From: a virus
Strand: one strand, 5' to 3'
IMG/VR virus record: IMGVR_UViG_3300028584_001238
DNA: 64,000 bases
A model generated the notes under the pieces. The model searched no databases, was not told the origin of the DNA, and worked only from the letters and a program-made list of their open reading frames with translations. The position numbers and the translations under genes were made by a program. Below are positions 29,427 through 40,383 of the stretch, one piece after another. Numbering within the stretch: the first letter of the stretch is position 1; each line of letters opens with the position of its first letter.

Positions 29427-30335
29427 TTGGAGATATTCATGTCTAAACACACTGTCATTAAAAATATTTCGCTAGTCACTTATGAATCTCCTATTGAATT
29501 CATAGCTGACGATGGGACAGTAACAATACCAATACAGCCAAGCGAACCGTCTGAAAGAGAAATATATGTTTCATCTGAGAACAAATATGAAGAACTTAAA
29601 GAAAATCATGAAATAAGATTACCCTTGGTAATGAATGAAGATATTAATATTGAAGATGAATTAAACAATATCATACCAAGATATAAGCAATATATTCCTG
29701 TAAACAGAAAAATTAAATATAAAGAAAATATTGATGCCTTTGCATTTAAAGATCTGTTGTTTGGTGACAGTCTAACAGCCGTCAATCATGAATACTATGA
29801 TCATATTAATCAACTTCTAGAGTTGGTAGTAGACAACGAAGCAATGATGGTGAGACTGAAATTTAATGATGTTCTTGTCAACAACAAGAATGGTATATTA
29901 TTGTCTGAAAAAACATTCACAAAATTAGAGGATGGTAAAGTATCCTATTACTACGATGAAAACACACCCAGTATTATCGAATATAAAAATGCTACGTTCA
30001 TTCCCATGCATAGTCATTTTTTCATGAGAGCCTTTCATGAAGATTTAAGCGACAATAAAAATAAAGAACATTATTTGAAGTGCTATCATTATTTTAATTT
30101 AAACATCATTGTCTACATACATGTCAACTTTAGCCAAAAAAAGATAACACCCGCCATTATAATAACGGATGAAAATCACAAGCCAACAGAAATTCATTAT
30201 TTTTACAAAAAAAAGTATGTGCCTGCTGCATTAATAGATCAGATAAAACCTAATTTACTGAACGAAAATTTTAAAGAAGACGGGTATTTTGATCAGAGAG
30301 ATATTGATTTCTTAGACATGGTAATGTTTAAATAG
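29427..30335 (+). CDS. hypothetical, paralog family C, extended tag (DMVMFK)
   Basis: YYYDENTPSIIE, KITPAII, IKPNLL; ends DIDFLDMVMFK. Confidence 0.8.
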   Translation: MEIFMSKHTVIKNISLVTYESPIEFIADDGTVTIPIQPSEPSEREIYVSSENKYEELKENHEIRLPLVMNEDINIEDELNNIIPRYKQYIPVNRKIKYKENIDAFAFKDLLFGDSLTAVNHEYYDHINQLLELVVDNEAMMVRLKFNDVLVNNKNGILLSEKTFTKLEDGKVSYYYDENTPSIIEYKNATFIPMHSHFFMRAFHEDLSDNKNKEHYLKCYHYFNLNIIVYIHVNFSQKKITPAIIITDENHKPTEIHYFYKKKYVPAALIDQIKPNLLNENFKEDGYFDQRDIDFLDMVMFK

Positions 30336-30382
30336 AAAAGCCAAACTTTAAGGTCTGGCTAGTTTAGTGGTTGACATAATGG

Positions 30383-30841
30383 TTAGTCACCATATTTTTT
30401 ATCAATATATTCCTCTAGGTGTTTACGATCAAGTGATAGTTTTTCCAAATATTTACTATCAACAATACCTTTTTCAATATCTGATTTAATGCAACGTGCG
30501 TCAGCCTTAATAGCTTCATCATCACCTGAAATTACACAATCACAGACATGATTAAGGTGATTAACTCGATAATTCAAGTTAAAGAACTTAATGAATGTTA
30601 AATGTTGTTTGGCGAAGTTAAAAAGAATGAAGAGAGCGAGAAGTCCCAGTGCTATCCAGAGATATGGAAATGGGTTTCCGAAGACAGAACGTTGAATGAG
30701 ATATCCAAAAATAACGAAGAAGAAGATACCTGCTTGCCATCTTAATCTTGTCTTGTTGTGACAAGCTACCAGTTTAAAGAACTCTTTGTTGTCACTTTCT
30801 AGAACGTCCTCAATAAGCAATTGATTAAAAGTCTTAGACAT
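30383..30841 (-). CDS. two-TM membrane protein
   Basis: Two hydrophobic segments; GGAGG RBS. Confidence 0.75.
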   Translation of the reverse strand: MSKTFNQLLIEDVLESDNKEFFKLVACHNKTRLRWQAGIFFFVIFGYLIQRSVFGNPFPYLWIALGLLALFILFNFAKQHLTFIKFFNLNYRVNHLNHVCDCVISGDDEAIKADARCIKSDIEKGIVDSKYLEKLSLDRKHLEEYIDKKYGD

Positions 30842-30958
30842 ATTGTGCCTCCATAGGAGTAGTTATCCTTAATTACATTTTATGCCTCTGGATAGCATTG
30901 TCAAATTTAAAGGGAAACAAAAAAGCCTCTGAAGAGGCTTTTTCTAGCATTTAATGAA

Positions 30959-31147
30959 TTAACCGAGAGCAACACGCTGCAGGTCTTTCTCTGCAACAGT
31001 CTTCGACTCACCTGTATTAATCTCGCTGAGCATATACTGAACCACACCATCTTCTTTATAAGAAGCCGACACACGACCAGTCCAACCATCACGAGTTTTT
31101 ACAAGTTCTTTCGGGCCAAATTTACGAGCATTAGGGGTAGTTGTCAT
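30959..31147 (-). CDS. small SH3/KOW-like protein
   Basis: 62 aa KFGPKELVKTRDGWTGRV; GGAG RBS, promoter and terminator. Confidence 0.65.
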   Translation of the reverse strand: MTTTPNARKFGPKELVKTRDGWTGRVSASYKEDGVVQYMLSEINTGESKTVAEKDLQRVALG

Positions 31148-31276
31148 TGTTTAAAACTCCAAGTGTTATTTGATTTGAGATTGAATTATAGCAAATTTTA
31201 GACAGCAGGTAAAGCTTTTTTTGTGTGTTGTTTTTTAACTGAGTCATTATACGATACACAACCATTAAAAAAAAAT

Positions 31277-32095
31277 TTAAATATCAACCATCTGAAAGAC
31301 TAGCAGTTCATCAATAAGACGCTGACGTTGTTCACCTGTGTAGATGTCTAAAAACATCTTTTTTAATTGAGCAAAACACTTCATGTCTTTAAAATTAACA
31401 CTGTCTCGAACAAAAGAGTTTACAAATTCAGATTCTTTGGTATAGGCCGCATTCGCAAAATGGATAAACAATGTTTCATCACTGGCTGAAAGTATTTTAT
31501 TATCAAATTTCAAGTAGTCATCATTCTCATCATCAATAATTTGACTGGATTCAACTTTATTTTTCTTTATCGTGTATTCGATGTGAAACCTGTTACGAGT
31601 TGTTTTAACAAAATAATGCTGAAATTTAAAAACATTTTTTGTGAACACTGTGTAAGTAGTCTCATCTCGAGATGTTCTCAAATAAAAAGAACTTATTCCA
31701 ATGCTAGGTTTATACATATTTAATAAAGCAAACAAACTAGAATTCTCTGTTTTTTGAAATGTGATTTCATATGTGTTGTAAGATAAAGGCCACCTAGAAT
31801 ATTCACTATAAAATTCAGCAGAAATTCTAACGGGTATCAATGTATCACCCAACATAAACGCCGTATCAATAAAAATAAAAGGACGTGAAGGATTATCATT
31901 CTTACTAAATTTATTTTCTGTTTCTACGATTTTTAAATTGTTAACCAAATAGTCCATCGTAATTTCACTATTGTTATTAAGTTTAAGTAGCATCACGATC
32001 AATTTTTTAGTGAAAGATACTACCTGTTTTTCAGTTAATGAAGTTTTCAAAGAACTAATATTAAATTTTTCAAAAAGAAACATGTCGCTAATCAT
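31277..32095 (-). CDS. hypothetical, MxxI-tagged (related to 33374..34150)
   Basis: NNNSEIT and FVNSFV segments shared; ends DELLVFQMVDI. Confidence 0.75.
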   Translation of the reverse strand: MISDMFLFEKFNISSLKTSLTEKQVVSFTKKLIVMLLKLNNNSEITMDYLVNNLKIVETENKFSKNDNPSRPFIFIDTAFMLGDTLIPVRISAEFYSEYSRWPLSYNTYEITFQKTENSSLFALLNMYKPSIGISSFYLRTSRDETTYTVFTKNVFKFQHYFVKTTRNRFHIEYTIKKNKVESSQIIDDENDDYLKFDNKILSASDETLFIHFANAAYTKESEFVNSFVRDSVNFKDMKCFAQLKKMFLDIYTGEQRQRLIDELLVFQMVDI

Positions 32096-32104
32096 AATAA
32101 TCTC

Positions 32105-33310
32105 CTAATAATTAGACATTTCAAGTGTTTTAAAATGAAGATCAGTCACATCTTCTGGTTTGATGTCTAATGTCTTGCTCACATGAGTAATAAACTTATC
32201 ATAACAAACTTCATAAGCCGCTTCAAAAGAAGGTAGATTCAATGAAGTGTATTCGTCTTCAATATAAATCCCTACGGAAATATAAGCACCAATCGTAATA
32301 CTGTGTCGTCCAGTTATAAAAGTGAAAGGGCAACGCTCTGTAATCAAATTAAAAATAGTTTTCTTACTGTTGTTTGAACGAACAATCTGAATTTTTGTAT
32401 CCTTTTGATTAGGATAGCAACTGTCAGACAGACGCATCAATTCTAGTATTTTTTTCAAATAATCAAGTTCTGATGGTCTTAGAGCAACTTTAAATAAATG
32501 GTCTAACAAATAAACCGATTCATTGTGAATAGTAATCTGAGTTTCGGATAGTTTTGCAACACTCATAATATTCTTTTCAACAGTAAAATTACCAATCACA
32601 CACAATTCATCTTTATTAAAGACATGTTCGTTACTTATGCGATCTTCAAACACCCTAAATTTATTATATTTTTTAATGTGCATGGCAAAGTCCATATCAC
32701 TTTCATGCGTAAAGGTATGATTATAACGCATTGTTGAGAAAGCAAAGTTGGTTTGATTGGCAGCCACTGCATTAACAATATTATTATCAACAATCAATGA
32801 ATGATTCATGAAGATGTCCTTAAACATAGCATCAAACGCACTCAGTATAGCCATATGAAGCTCATCGTAAGTCATTGCTAACATACATCTATCTTTATTA
32901 AACTTGTCATTAATCTGGAAGATCCATTCATTATAGCGATAGGCAATAGAGAAGCATTTAAACTTCATCAGAAATGAATCGTCTCGTTTGTGCATAGAGA
33001 CTGTTGTGACAGGATCTTTCATAGCGTCCAATAAAGGGTCATAAGGGAATAATCGAAGATAAAATTGAAGAGCCGAATCAATCATTTTAATTTCTGAATC
33101 CGTAAAGTCAGAAAACATAAACCGTAAGCTTTCTTGAAAGCTTGGAAAAATAATAGATAAGGTATCATAACGTGAGCTAGCAAAATATTGAGTTGAAAAA
33201 CTCATATCACCAACATCACGCACTGGTTCCATTCGTTTGAAGTTAAATGAATCAATATAGGGAGCCAAATGGATAACATTAGCCAACGTATCAATGCGTG
33301 AATGGGACAT
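32105..33310 (-). CDS. hypothetical, MxxY-tagged
   Basis: 401 aa; ends HFKTLEMSNY. Confidence 0.75.
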   Translation of the reverse strand: MSHSRIDTLANVIHLAPYIDSFNFKRMEPVRDVGDMSFSTQYFASSRYDTLSIIFPSFQESLRFMFSDFTDSEIKMIDSALQFYLRLFPYDPLLDAMKDPVTTVSMHKRDDSFLMKFKCFSIAYRYNEWIFQINDKFNKDRCMLAMTYDELHMAILSAFDAMFKDIFMNHSLIVDNNIVNAVAANQTNFAFSTMRYNHTFTHESDMDFAMHIKKYNKFRVFEDRISNEHVFNKDELCVIGNFTVEKNIMSVAKLSETQITIHNESVYLLDHLFKVALRPSELDYLKKILELMRLSDSCYPNQKDTKIQIVRSNNSKKTIFNLITERCPFTFITGRHSITIGAYISVGIYIEDEYTSLNLPSFEAAYEVCYDKFITHVSKTLDIKPEDVTDLHFKTLEMSNY

Positions 33311-33373
33311 ATTGAAAAACCTTCCTTAAAATTTATCGTTAATTATAGCATAAAAAAGGACTCATTTCAATAA

Positions 33374-34150
33374 TTAATAAATTTCCATCTCATAGACTTT
33401 CAATTCATCCAAAAAAACTTCTTTGTGTGGACTGTTCAAAATCATATCAAATAAGTGGCGGCTTTTTTTAAATAATTTAAGTGATGAAAAATTGATGGGT
33501 ATCTTGACAAAAGAATTTAAAAAATAGGATTTACCTGAATATAATAAATTAACAAAATCAATATACAAATATTCGAATTCAATATCATCAAAGGTATCTA
33601 CTGTTAATTTAATTGTTCCTCTATTACAATATCTAACATAATGTTGATTAGTTATTAAATGATCCGAGAAATAATAAAATAAATCTAATTTAAAATTGAA
33701 CTTATGATCAAACAAAAAAACACCTGACATATCAATAATATAATCAGAATTTGATTCTGATGGATTAAAAGTCAAAGCTATTCCGTTGTAGTTTGACTTA
33801 AATAAATGTAAAAAGGTGATAATATTTTTATCAACTATTCGCATTGTTGGATAAGAAAGACTATTAAAAACACCATCGTCATCAAAATTAACATAAACGT
33901 ACATTGAAACATTAATATCATCAAGACGATAATATAATGCAATACCTAATTTTTGTTTTTCTGTAAAATCGTAGATAGTCGTTCTATGATCAGAAAAATG
34001 AAGACAATTATTAAGATGTTCAAATGTTATCAACGAATTATTGTTGATTAGTGATAGTTTTTTTACAATAACATTTTTAAAGTACATGCATTGCTCCGCA
34101 CTTAGCGAAACCATGCTTTTGCTTTTTTCATAAGTTTCAAACAGTGACAT
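33374..34150 (-). CDS. hypothetical, MxxY-tagged
   Basis: NNNSLIT, FLNSFV; ends DELKVYEMEIY. Confidence 0.75.
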   Translation of the reverse strand: MSLFETYEKSKSMVSLSAEQCMYFKNVIVKKLSLINNNSLITFEHLNNCLHFSDHRTTIYDFTEKQKLGIALYYRLDDINVSMYVYVNFDDDGVFNSLSYPTMRIVDKNIITFLHLFKSNYNGIALTFNPSESNSDYIIDMSGVFLFDHKFNFKLDLFYYFSDHLITNQHYVRYCNRGTIKLTVDTFDDIEFEYLYIDFVNLLYSGKSYFLNSFVKIPINFSSLKLFKKSRHLFDMILNSPHKEVFLDELKVYEMEIY

Positions 34151-34153
34151 AAG

Positions 34154-34354
34154 TTAAGCGGCAGCTTCTGTTTTTTGAAGGATTTTTTGAAGTTTTTTCA
34201 TTTCTTTGAAAGCGATTTTACGAGCGACTTTGAAAGTCTCAATGCAGCTTTCTTTCTTTTCACGAGCAATCAGTTCGTCAATCTTAGTGATCTCGACTGT
34301 TTTTTCGTCAAGTTGGCAGGTGATTTTGGACACATCAATGGTTTGCTTTGGCAT
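34154..34354 (-). CDS. small coiled-coil protein
   Basis: 66 aa, GAGG RBS, TGGTATAAT upstream. Confidence 0.65.
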   Translation of the reverse strand: MPKQTIDVSKITCQLDEKTVEITKIDELIAREKKESCIETFKVARKIAFKEMKKLQKILQKTEAAA

Positions 34355-34533
34355 GGTTAAACCCTCGTTGTTTTCGATAAGTCCATTATACCATAAAAAT
34401 ATTGAGTGTAAAAGAAAAAATCAATGCAAAACAGATAAAAAAGACATGATTTTGTTATAAAAATACTTTGACTTATATACTTATTTTGAGTATGATTAGG
34501 AGCTAACTATTTTTATTCAACAGGAGAATCCTT

Positions 34534-34920
34534 ATGAGCGTAAACAAAACCGATATTTTAATCCTAGGTGTTCCACTCACCCATGCACAAGCGACGGCTT
34601 TGTATAAAGACATTTATGGAAATGACAACTATGATGAAGAGAATGAAGACAATGAGGTCTTTATGTTTACAGACAGTCAGAACATGTATAGAGAAGTGGG
34701 TTATGTCTACGATGAAGATAAATCAATCCCACATTTTCTGGGTGTGGCGATTACCGAAGATCGAAACGAAATTAAGCAGTATCTCAACAAATCATCAGAT
34801 ACCACAGAGACATTGATGGAAACATTGGAAATCTACAAGGAGTTTGCTATCCCATTGCTTGAAAAATATGGTGTGGTCAGTAAAGAACCGACGCTGACGA
34901 TTGTGTCTCAAATCGGGTAA
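34534..34920 (+). CDS. hypothetical, paralog of 62793..63143
   Basis: MSVNKTDILILGVPL versus MSVNENHYIILGIKM; AGGAG RBS. Confidence 0.75.
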   Translation: MSVNKTDILILGVPLTHAQATALYKDIYGNDNYDEENEDNEVFMFTDSQNMYREVGYVYDEDKSIPHFLGVAITEDRNEIKQYLNKSSDTTETLMETLEIYKEFAIPLLEKYGVVSKEPTLTIVSQIG

Positions 34921-34973
34921 TTCTAGATAGAGATCTAAAAAGAGAACTCAGTGTTCTCTTTTTTTTGTATCAA

Positions 34974-36692
34974 TTAAATGGAGGCTTTATTGTCTGATTT
35001 TAATTTGTTACGTTCTTTTGCAATGAGTTCGTCCATTTTTAATTCTAGCTGTAAATCATCAAGGTCAGAATTATTATCAATAAACGTTTTCAATTTATCA
35101 AATAATTTTGGTAAATCTTCATATTTCATACCATCCATGTTAACTAGGTAATTACAAGCATAGTGATGTCTATCTTTTTCTATACCAAAGTTACAAAGGA
35201 AAGGAACATTGTCAATAGACTTGTCAACAACAGCATTTACAATATTTATTAAACGTGTTTTGTCGATACCGCCCCAAGGGGAGTCTTTATCATATGTAAA
35301 CATAATAATGCTTTTATTCTTTTGTGCATAATCTACAACAGATTGCAAAAGCTCCGTAATATGTATATCAGATAGTTGAGGATTAATAGCAACAGAATCA
35401 ACCAATATTTCATTATGAATACCTTCATCAAAATAAAAACTAGCTGACAATACAGCATCAGCAGCAAACTGATTACTAGAAATAAAACGCATTCTGTATT
35501 CACCTTCTTTTAAAATATCTGAACCATACAATTTAAACTTTGATAAGAAGTCACGTCTATCATTGTGACTTGGCCCAAGATCGCTAATTTCTCTGACTGA
35601 TTCATACATATGGAATTTATCAACTTGATGTTCTATCACTTCCTTACGATTGACTATCTCTTTATCAGTAATGATGGATATGTCTTGAATAGAATAATTT
35701 ATTTCTGGATGTTTTGCATAAACTTCCATCAACATGTCATCGACATTAGCAAATTTTTCATCATGTTCTATAAGCTGTTCAATGGTTGGATTAGAGAGAA
35801 AACGGTCAGCCATCAAACTAAATTCAAATTTAAGATCATCTAATTCATTATAGTCATAATAAGAAATAATTACATCACGAAGTGAATCCATTGTAAATAA
35901 AGATCCAACAAACGAATCTGTAATAAAAGGAGAATCACTGTCTATCAAATCTTGAAAAACTTCTTCAATAAAAGTAATATGACCAAAGCCAGAAATATCA
36001 ATAATTTTTGCTTGGGCTGTAGAGTTAAGTTGTTGAAAAAAATCATCAGGTGTAAAAGGGAACTCTTTTTTTGCATGAAGCAATTCATAAAGTGGATCTT
36101 GTGAGAAAAAATCAAATTTTTGACTTTTGCCATAATTTACAGACTCAACCAGAGAAATTTGATGATGATATGAATTTTGACTGGCATTATATTTACCAGT
36201 TTCAAATGATTCATTATTTTGAGAGATTAATTCTAATGCAAGCCCTGTTGAAAGAGACGCTGAAGTTAAATGTTTAATACGGGTTATTTCATCAAAGGTA
36301 TAGACATCTTTTAGATCAAATAAGCTCTCCACATTTTGTAAGTCATCATTAAATCGTCTAACCAAATCATGATCATGTTCATGTCCAAAAAAAACATCAC
36401 GTATATTATTGTTTTTATCTCTATCAACAGAATAACTGGTCGTTCCATTTTTTCCTGATGGGTCAGTAATAATACGTGTCACTGTTTGAACACCATGTGT
36501 AATTGGGTGACTTTGTGATGTTGTTAAACCAAATGAATTATCACCATACTGACTTAATAAACTGTGAGCGTAAACACGGTTTAAATCAGTTTCTTGAATA
36601 AGTTTATAAAGCCCCATTACAATAAAGTCATCAGTTTTATTATGTTTCATTGCATATTCATTGGCTATTTTTAAATAATCATTAATTTCCAT
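34974..36692 (-). CDS. large acidic hypothetical protein with basic C-terminal tail
   Basis: 572 aa; ends KERNKLKSDNKASI; possible degenerate GNAT-like segment in the C-terminal third. Confidence 0.75.
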   Translation of the reverse strand: MEINDYLKIANEYAMKHNKTDDFIVMGLYKLIQETDLNRVYAHSLLSQYGDNSFGLTTSQSHPITHGVQTVTRIITDPSGKNGTTSYSVDRDKNNNIRDVFFGHEHDHDLVRRFNDDLQNVESLFDLKDVYTFDEITRIKHLTSASLSTGLALELISQNNESFETGKYNASQNSYHHQISLVESVNYGKSQKFDFFSQDPLYELLHAKKEFPFTPDDFFQQLNSTAQAKIIDISGFGHITFIEEVFQDLIDSDSPFITDSFVGSLFTMDSLRDVIISYYDYNELDDLKFEFSLMADRFLSNPTIEQLIEHDEKFANVDDMLMEVYAKHPEINYSIQDISIITDKEIVNRKEVIEHQVDKFHMYESVREISDLGPSHNDRRDFLSKFKLYGSDILKEGEYRMRFISSNQFAADAVLSASFYFDEGIHNEILVDSVAINPQLSDIHITELLQSVVDYAQKNKSIIMFTYDKDSPWGGIDKTRLINIVNAVVDKSIDNVPFLCNFGIEKDRHHYACNYLVNMDGMKYEDLPKLFDKLKTFIDNNSDLDDLQLELKMDELIAKERNKLKSDNKASI

Positions 36693-36703
36693 ATATTCCT
36701 CAG

Positions 36704-38536
36704 TTAGATACTATTATTTTTAAGTGATTTTGTTTTCTTACGTTCAATTTGTTGTAACTCAGCTTCAACTTCTTTTTTGAGGTAAATGTCTAAGTTATCT
36801 TTATAGAAATCATAATCCAAACAAATAATTTTTAATCTTAAATCTTGCATTGAAGCATGATTTATAACGGAATCATCATTCTTTTTATGAGCAGCATGAA
36901 TAAGGCCATCGTCTTTTAATGTAATACCAATCATAGACATAGTATCACTAGATTCTTTAGTATAATCAAAAAAGAAGTATTGTCTTCTATTAGATTTAAC
37001 GTAATCATCAAAATAGCTACGTTCACGAGAAATACACCAGTTATTGGTGCCTAATTTTTTACTCTCTGCGAATGTCTCAATATGAACAATACATTCATTA
37101 TCAGTTAATGAGAGAGCTTTCTTATCAATAGAATCAAGTAAACTAATGGTAGAATACTTTCCAAAATCAAAAAACTTGTCATGAACATCCTTAACAAAAG
37201 CTGTAAACTCTTCTGGGGTAGTAAGCATTGCTAACTTTTTACCAATGTAATCTTGTAAAAAATCTTCTTTAAGTTTTTCATCATAAAATTTTTCAAAAAA
37301 AGGATAGGCACTATCCGTCATCAAGTGTTTATTTTTAGAACTTAATATACTGTTGGCGTATTTATAAACTTTATAGGTTTTAACAGAGTTTTCAATATAG
37401 TCGTTAATCTGCTCAAAGCCTTTATCCAGAATGCTTTTATCAAACTTAATTTGTTTTAAGATATCATAATTGAGCAAGAATGAATTAGCTGTGGATAAAG
37501 TAATGTTAATATTATCTTGATCTTCAAGAAACTTATTTTTGAATATTTTACCAAATACAGGTTGTTTTCTAAATTTAAAATCAATTAAGTCTAAATTGAA
37601 TTTAGTAATATATTGATTAAGTTCTTTACTGTTTTCTGGAATAATATGTTGGTCATTTTTATCTATGAATAAGATACTTCCATCCACAAACAATGACGCT
37701 CTTTTAATAGATTGGGATTTACTTAATTCAAGATTATATTCCATAGCACTATCAAGCTTAGTTGTAAAGAAAGCTGTAAGTGGGCCTGTTCCATTTTTAA
37801 GAAACTGAGAATAGGTTTCTGCAAGTGAGCCATAAGCATAAGGTTGTTCTTGACGAATCTTTTGAACAATTGACATAGTTATATCATTGAAGTCATTTTT
37901 AAGGTCAAGTAATCCATAACCACCTGTGCTGGCTAATTTGGAAAGAGAGTCAACCGTCAAATAATCCATGTTGTCAGAGTAATGTTTCATAATGTTAATC
38001 ATTCTAATATTATCATTAGCTCTTGAATCAAAAGTTTGATGAAGATCAAAAGTTTTGAAAATAGCTGTATCAATTACTCGTTTATGTTGCTCCACTTTTT
38101 TAATGGATTCAAATGCTTTCTTCTGTAGGGCTATAAAACGATTGTGTTCTTCGGTGATGTCAACACCATGTTTTTTAGCTTCCATTAGCCATTGGTGAAA
38201 AATAATATCTGTACCTGTTTTAAACTTATTTTTGTCAAATGGAGTGAAAACCTGCAACAAGTTTAATTTTTTTAGATCGTGAGTTAGATCATTTTTATTG
38301 AATCGGTCTGGATCATCAACAAAATCGTGAAATATCTTCATTTTTTTGACACGATGACTGATAATTCCATGACTTAAATCATCAAGATAACCATTTTGAT
38401 TACCATAATTTTTTTCAAAGAATTCTTCAAAACCACCTAACGCAAAGATTTCGGAATGAAAGGCTTCTAAACTATAAATACTGTGACCTAGAGAATAAGA
38501 TCTCAATCTATCGGCTAATAATATATCCATGAACAC
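36704..38536 (-). CDS. PcfJ-like domain protein with basic C-terminal tail
   Basis: ESKKLGTNNWCIS motif resembling PcfJ-type domains; ends RKKTKSLKNNSI. Confidence 0.55.
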   Translation of the reverse strand: MFMDILLADRLRSYSLGHSIYSLEAFHSEIFALGGFEEFFEKNYGNQNGYLDDLSHGIISHRVKKMKIFHDFVDDPDRFNKNDLTHDLKKLNLLQVFTPFDKNKFKTGTDIIFHQWLMEAKKHGVDITEEHNRFIALQKKAFESIKKVEQHKRVIDTAIFKTFDLHQTFDSRANDNIRMINIMKHYSDNMDYLTVDSLSKLASTGGYGLLDLKNDFNDITMSIVQKIRQEQPYAYGSLAETYSQFLKNGTGPLTAFFTTKLDSAMEYNLELSKSQSIKRASLFVDGSILFIDKNDQHIIPENSKELNQYITKFNLDLIDFKFRKQPVFGKIFKNKFLEDQDNINITLSTANSFLLNYDILKQIKFDKSILDKGFEQINDYIENSVKTYKVYKYANSILSSKNKHLMTDSAYPFFEKFYDEKLKEDFLQDYIGKKLAMLTTPEEFTAFVKDVHDKFFDFGKYSTISLLDSIDKKALSLTDNECIVHIETFAESKKLGTNNWCISRERSYFDDYVKSNRRQYFFFDYTKESSDTMSMIGITLKDDGLIHAAHKKNDDSVINHASMQDLRLKIICLDYDFYKDNLDIYLKKEVEAELQQIERKKTKSLKNNSI

Positions 38537-38660
38537 TTTTTTTTGTTAATAATATAATTATAGCATAATTAAATAGTTTTAAAAGAAAAAAGACACCCAA
38601 GTGCCTTTTTTTATTGATTCAAAAATCAACTATAATAGCAGAGTTTTAATAAAGTTGTTT

Positions 38661-39434
38661 TCAAATTTCAATCATATTGATAACTGTATAAAAATCTTTT
38701 ACATATTCAATATTATCGTATGAAATAAGATCGTATTTCAAACTATGAAAAAAGTCAGCGATATCCAGATCGCTAAAATTGTCACTGTTAAGGTGAATGG
38801 ATAAGTCATAAGAAACAATAATTTTTAAGATGTAGTCATCTAATGCCAATTGTTCATCTTTTTTTAGGTTAAACGAAAAATCTGTCAAATAATGATTGGA
38901 AACAATAGATTTTGCTCTATCAAATATTTTAAATTGGCAATCAAAGTTTTGTATCGAAAGTTCAGCAATTTCTATTTTGTTAGGGTTTGTAGTTTCAAAC
39001 AAAATAAATCCATTTTCTTTCGAGTAAGGAATTGTGTAGGTAATATTCAAATAACTACGCCCCATAGAGCAACCGCCAGAAAGAAGGACATAGTTTACGG
39101 TATTGCTATCTAATTTAAAAGAGGTAATTCTTGTTGATTTCACAGATTTTAAAAAATCCAAAGCTTTATTAATAGCTGTTTGAATTTTATCAATCCTGAA
39201 CAGTTTTCGATTAATGATGTCATAAGCATCAATATAGACCTTAAAAAGTGATGGATTGGAATGATCAAATTCATTTCCATAAAGCTCCAGCGTCAAATAA
39301 AGTGGCTGCCCTACTGTATCTCTCGCGTTTATATAGTAACAATCATTAGAAGAAGTGATAATTTTATCACATTGAATATTGTAATAAAGATAGAGTAATT
39401 CTTTAACTTTATCTTTGAAACCTTTACTGATCAT
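38661..39434 (-). CDS. hypothetical, MxxI-tagged
   Basis: Ends FYTVINMIEI. Confidence 0.75.
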   Translation of the reverse strand: MISKGFKDKVKELLYLYYNIQCDKIITSSNDCYYINARDTVGQPLYLTLELYGNEFDHSNPSLFKVYIDAYDIINRKLFRIDKIQTAINKALDFLKSVKSTRITSFKLDSNTVNYVLLSGGCSMGRSYLNITYTIPYSKENGFILFETTNPNKIEIAELSIQNFDCQFKIFDRAKSIVSNHYLTDFSFNLKKDEQLALDDYILKIIVSYDLSIHLNSDNFSDLDIADFFHSLKYDLISYDNIEYVKDFYTVINMIEI

Positions 39435-39442
39435 AATTATCC

Positions 39443-39805
39443 TTAAGACTGTTGCTTTGTTATGTTAGGTGTGGCAGTAGTTGGTTTTTCATTATGTTTA
39501 GCAATTATCTCATCTGCTTCAGCCATTTCTTCATTGAATTTATCATCAAGTTTTTTAATAGCAGCGTCGATGCGAGCAGTATCACCTGAATGAAAATCAT
39601 CATAACATCCAGCCAAAGTCTCCTTATGTTCTTCCGATACCTTCTTGAAACCTTTTGCCAATGTGACAGTCATTTTGTCAATAACAGACTTAGGAACACC
39701 ACCAGATGATAAAAGTTTATAAATCAAATAAGCAATAAAGCAAATAACAAAAGCTTGTAGTAAACTCATAATGTGAACTCCTAAATATGTGGATAATGTA
39801 AGCAT
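39443..39805 (-). CDS. single-TM protein (likely start MSLLQ)
   Basis: AGGAG RBS; N-terminal TM. Confidence 0.7.
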   Translation of the reverse strand: MLTLSTYLGVHIMSLLQAFVICFIAYLIYKLLSSGGVPKSVIDKMTVTLAKGFKKVSEEHKETLAGCYDDFHSGDTARIDAAIKKLDDKFNEEMAEADEIIAKHNEKPTTATPNITKQQS

Positions 39806-39891
39806 TATATATTATCTTAAAGATTAAATCAAATTGACAAAATCTATCTGCATAGGTAAAATGAAGGGATAATTAAAAGAGGTTAGCCATA

Positions 39892-40104
39892 ATGGAATCC
39901 ATCAAGAATGCCTTCAAAGATAAGATGTTTAGAATATATTTTGCCATCTGTTTTTTATTGTCAACGCCGTTATTCATTAAAATAGGGTTAGAAGATTTCG
40001 AAACGGGTAAAATGACATTATTGCATGGCACTGTGATGACATTACAATATTTATTTTGCGTTTCATCACTGCCTAGTTTTTTTAGCAAACAAAGAAGTTC
40101 ATAG
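39892..40104 (+). CDS. small two-TM protein, tandem paralog 1
   Basis: CFLLSTP...GKM...LQYLFC shared with the next ORF. Confidence 0.75.
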   Translation: MESIKNAFKDKMFRIYFAICFLLSTPLFIKIGLEDFETGKMTLLHGTVMTLQYLFCVSSLPSFFSKQRSS

Positions 40105-40114
40105 GAGATAAAGA

Positions 40115-40333
40115 ATGTTTACATCAATCAGACAAGCCTTTAAAAGTAAAGTATTCACAGTGGCTTTTTTATTTTGTTTTGTGTTGTCAACACCTATTTT
40201 TTATAAAGTGTTGGTAGATGATATTACAGCGGGCAAAATGGATCTTATTCATTTCATCGCCTTATCGTTACAATATTTATTCTGCATTGTAGTCATGCCA
40301 AACAAGATGGCAGAAGGCTATATGAAAGAATAA
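40115..40333 (+). CDS. small two-TM protein, tandem paralog 2
   Basis: CFVLSTP...GKM...LQYLFC. Confidence 0.75.
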   Translation: MFTSIRQAFKSKVFTVAFLFCFVLSTPIFYKVLVDDITAGKMDLIHFIALSLQYLFCIVVMPNKMAEGYMKE

Positions 40334-40340
40334 TGAGATC

Positions 40341-40367
40341 AAAAAAAGTGGCCTAAGCCACTTTTTT
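40341..40367. terminator. bidirectional intrinsic terminator
   Basis: AAAAAAGTGGC-CTAA-GCCACTTTTTT. Confidence 0.85.
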
Positions 40368-40383
40368 ATTGTCTACAATTTAA

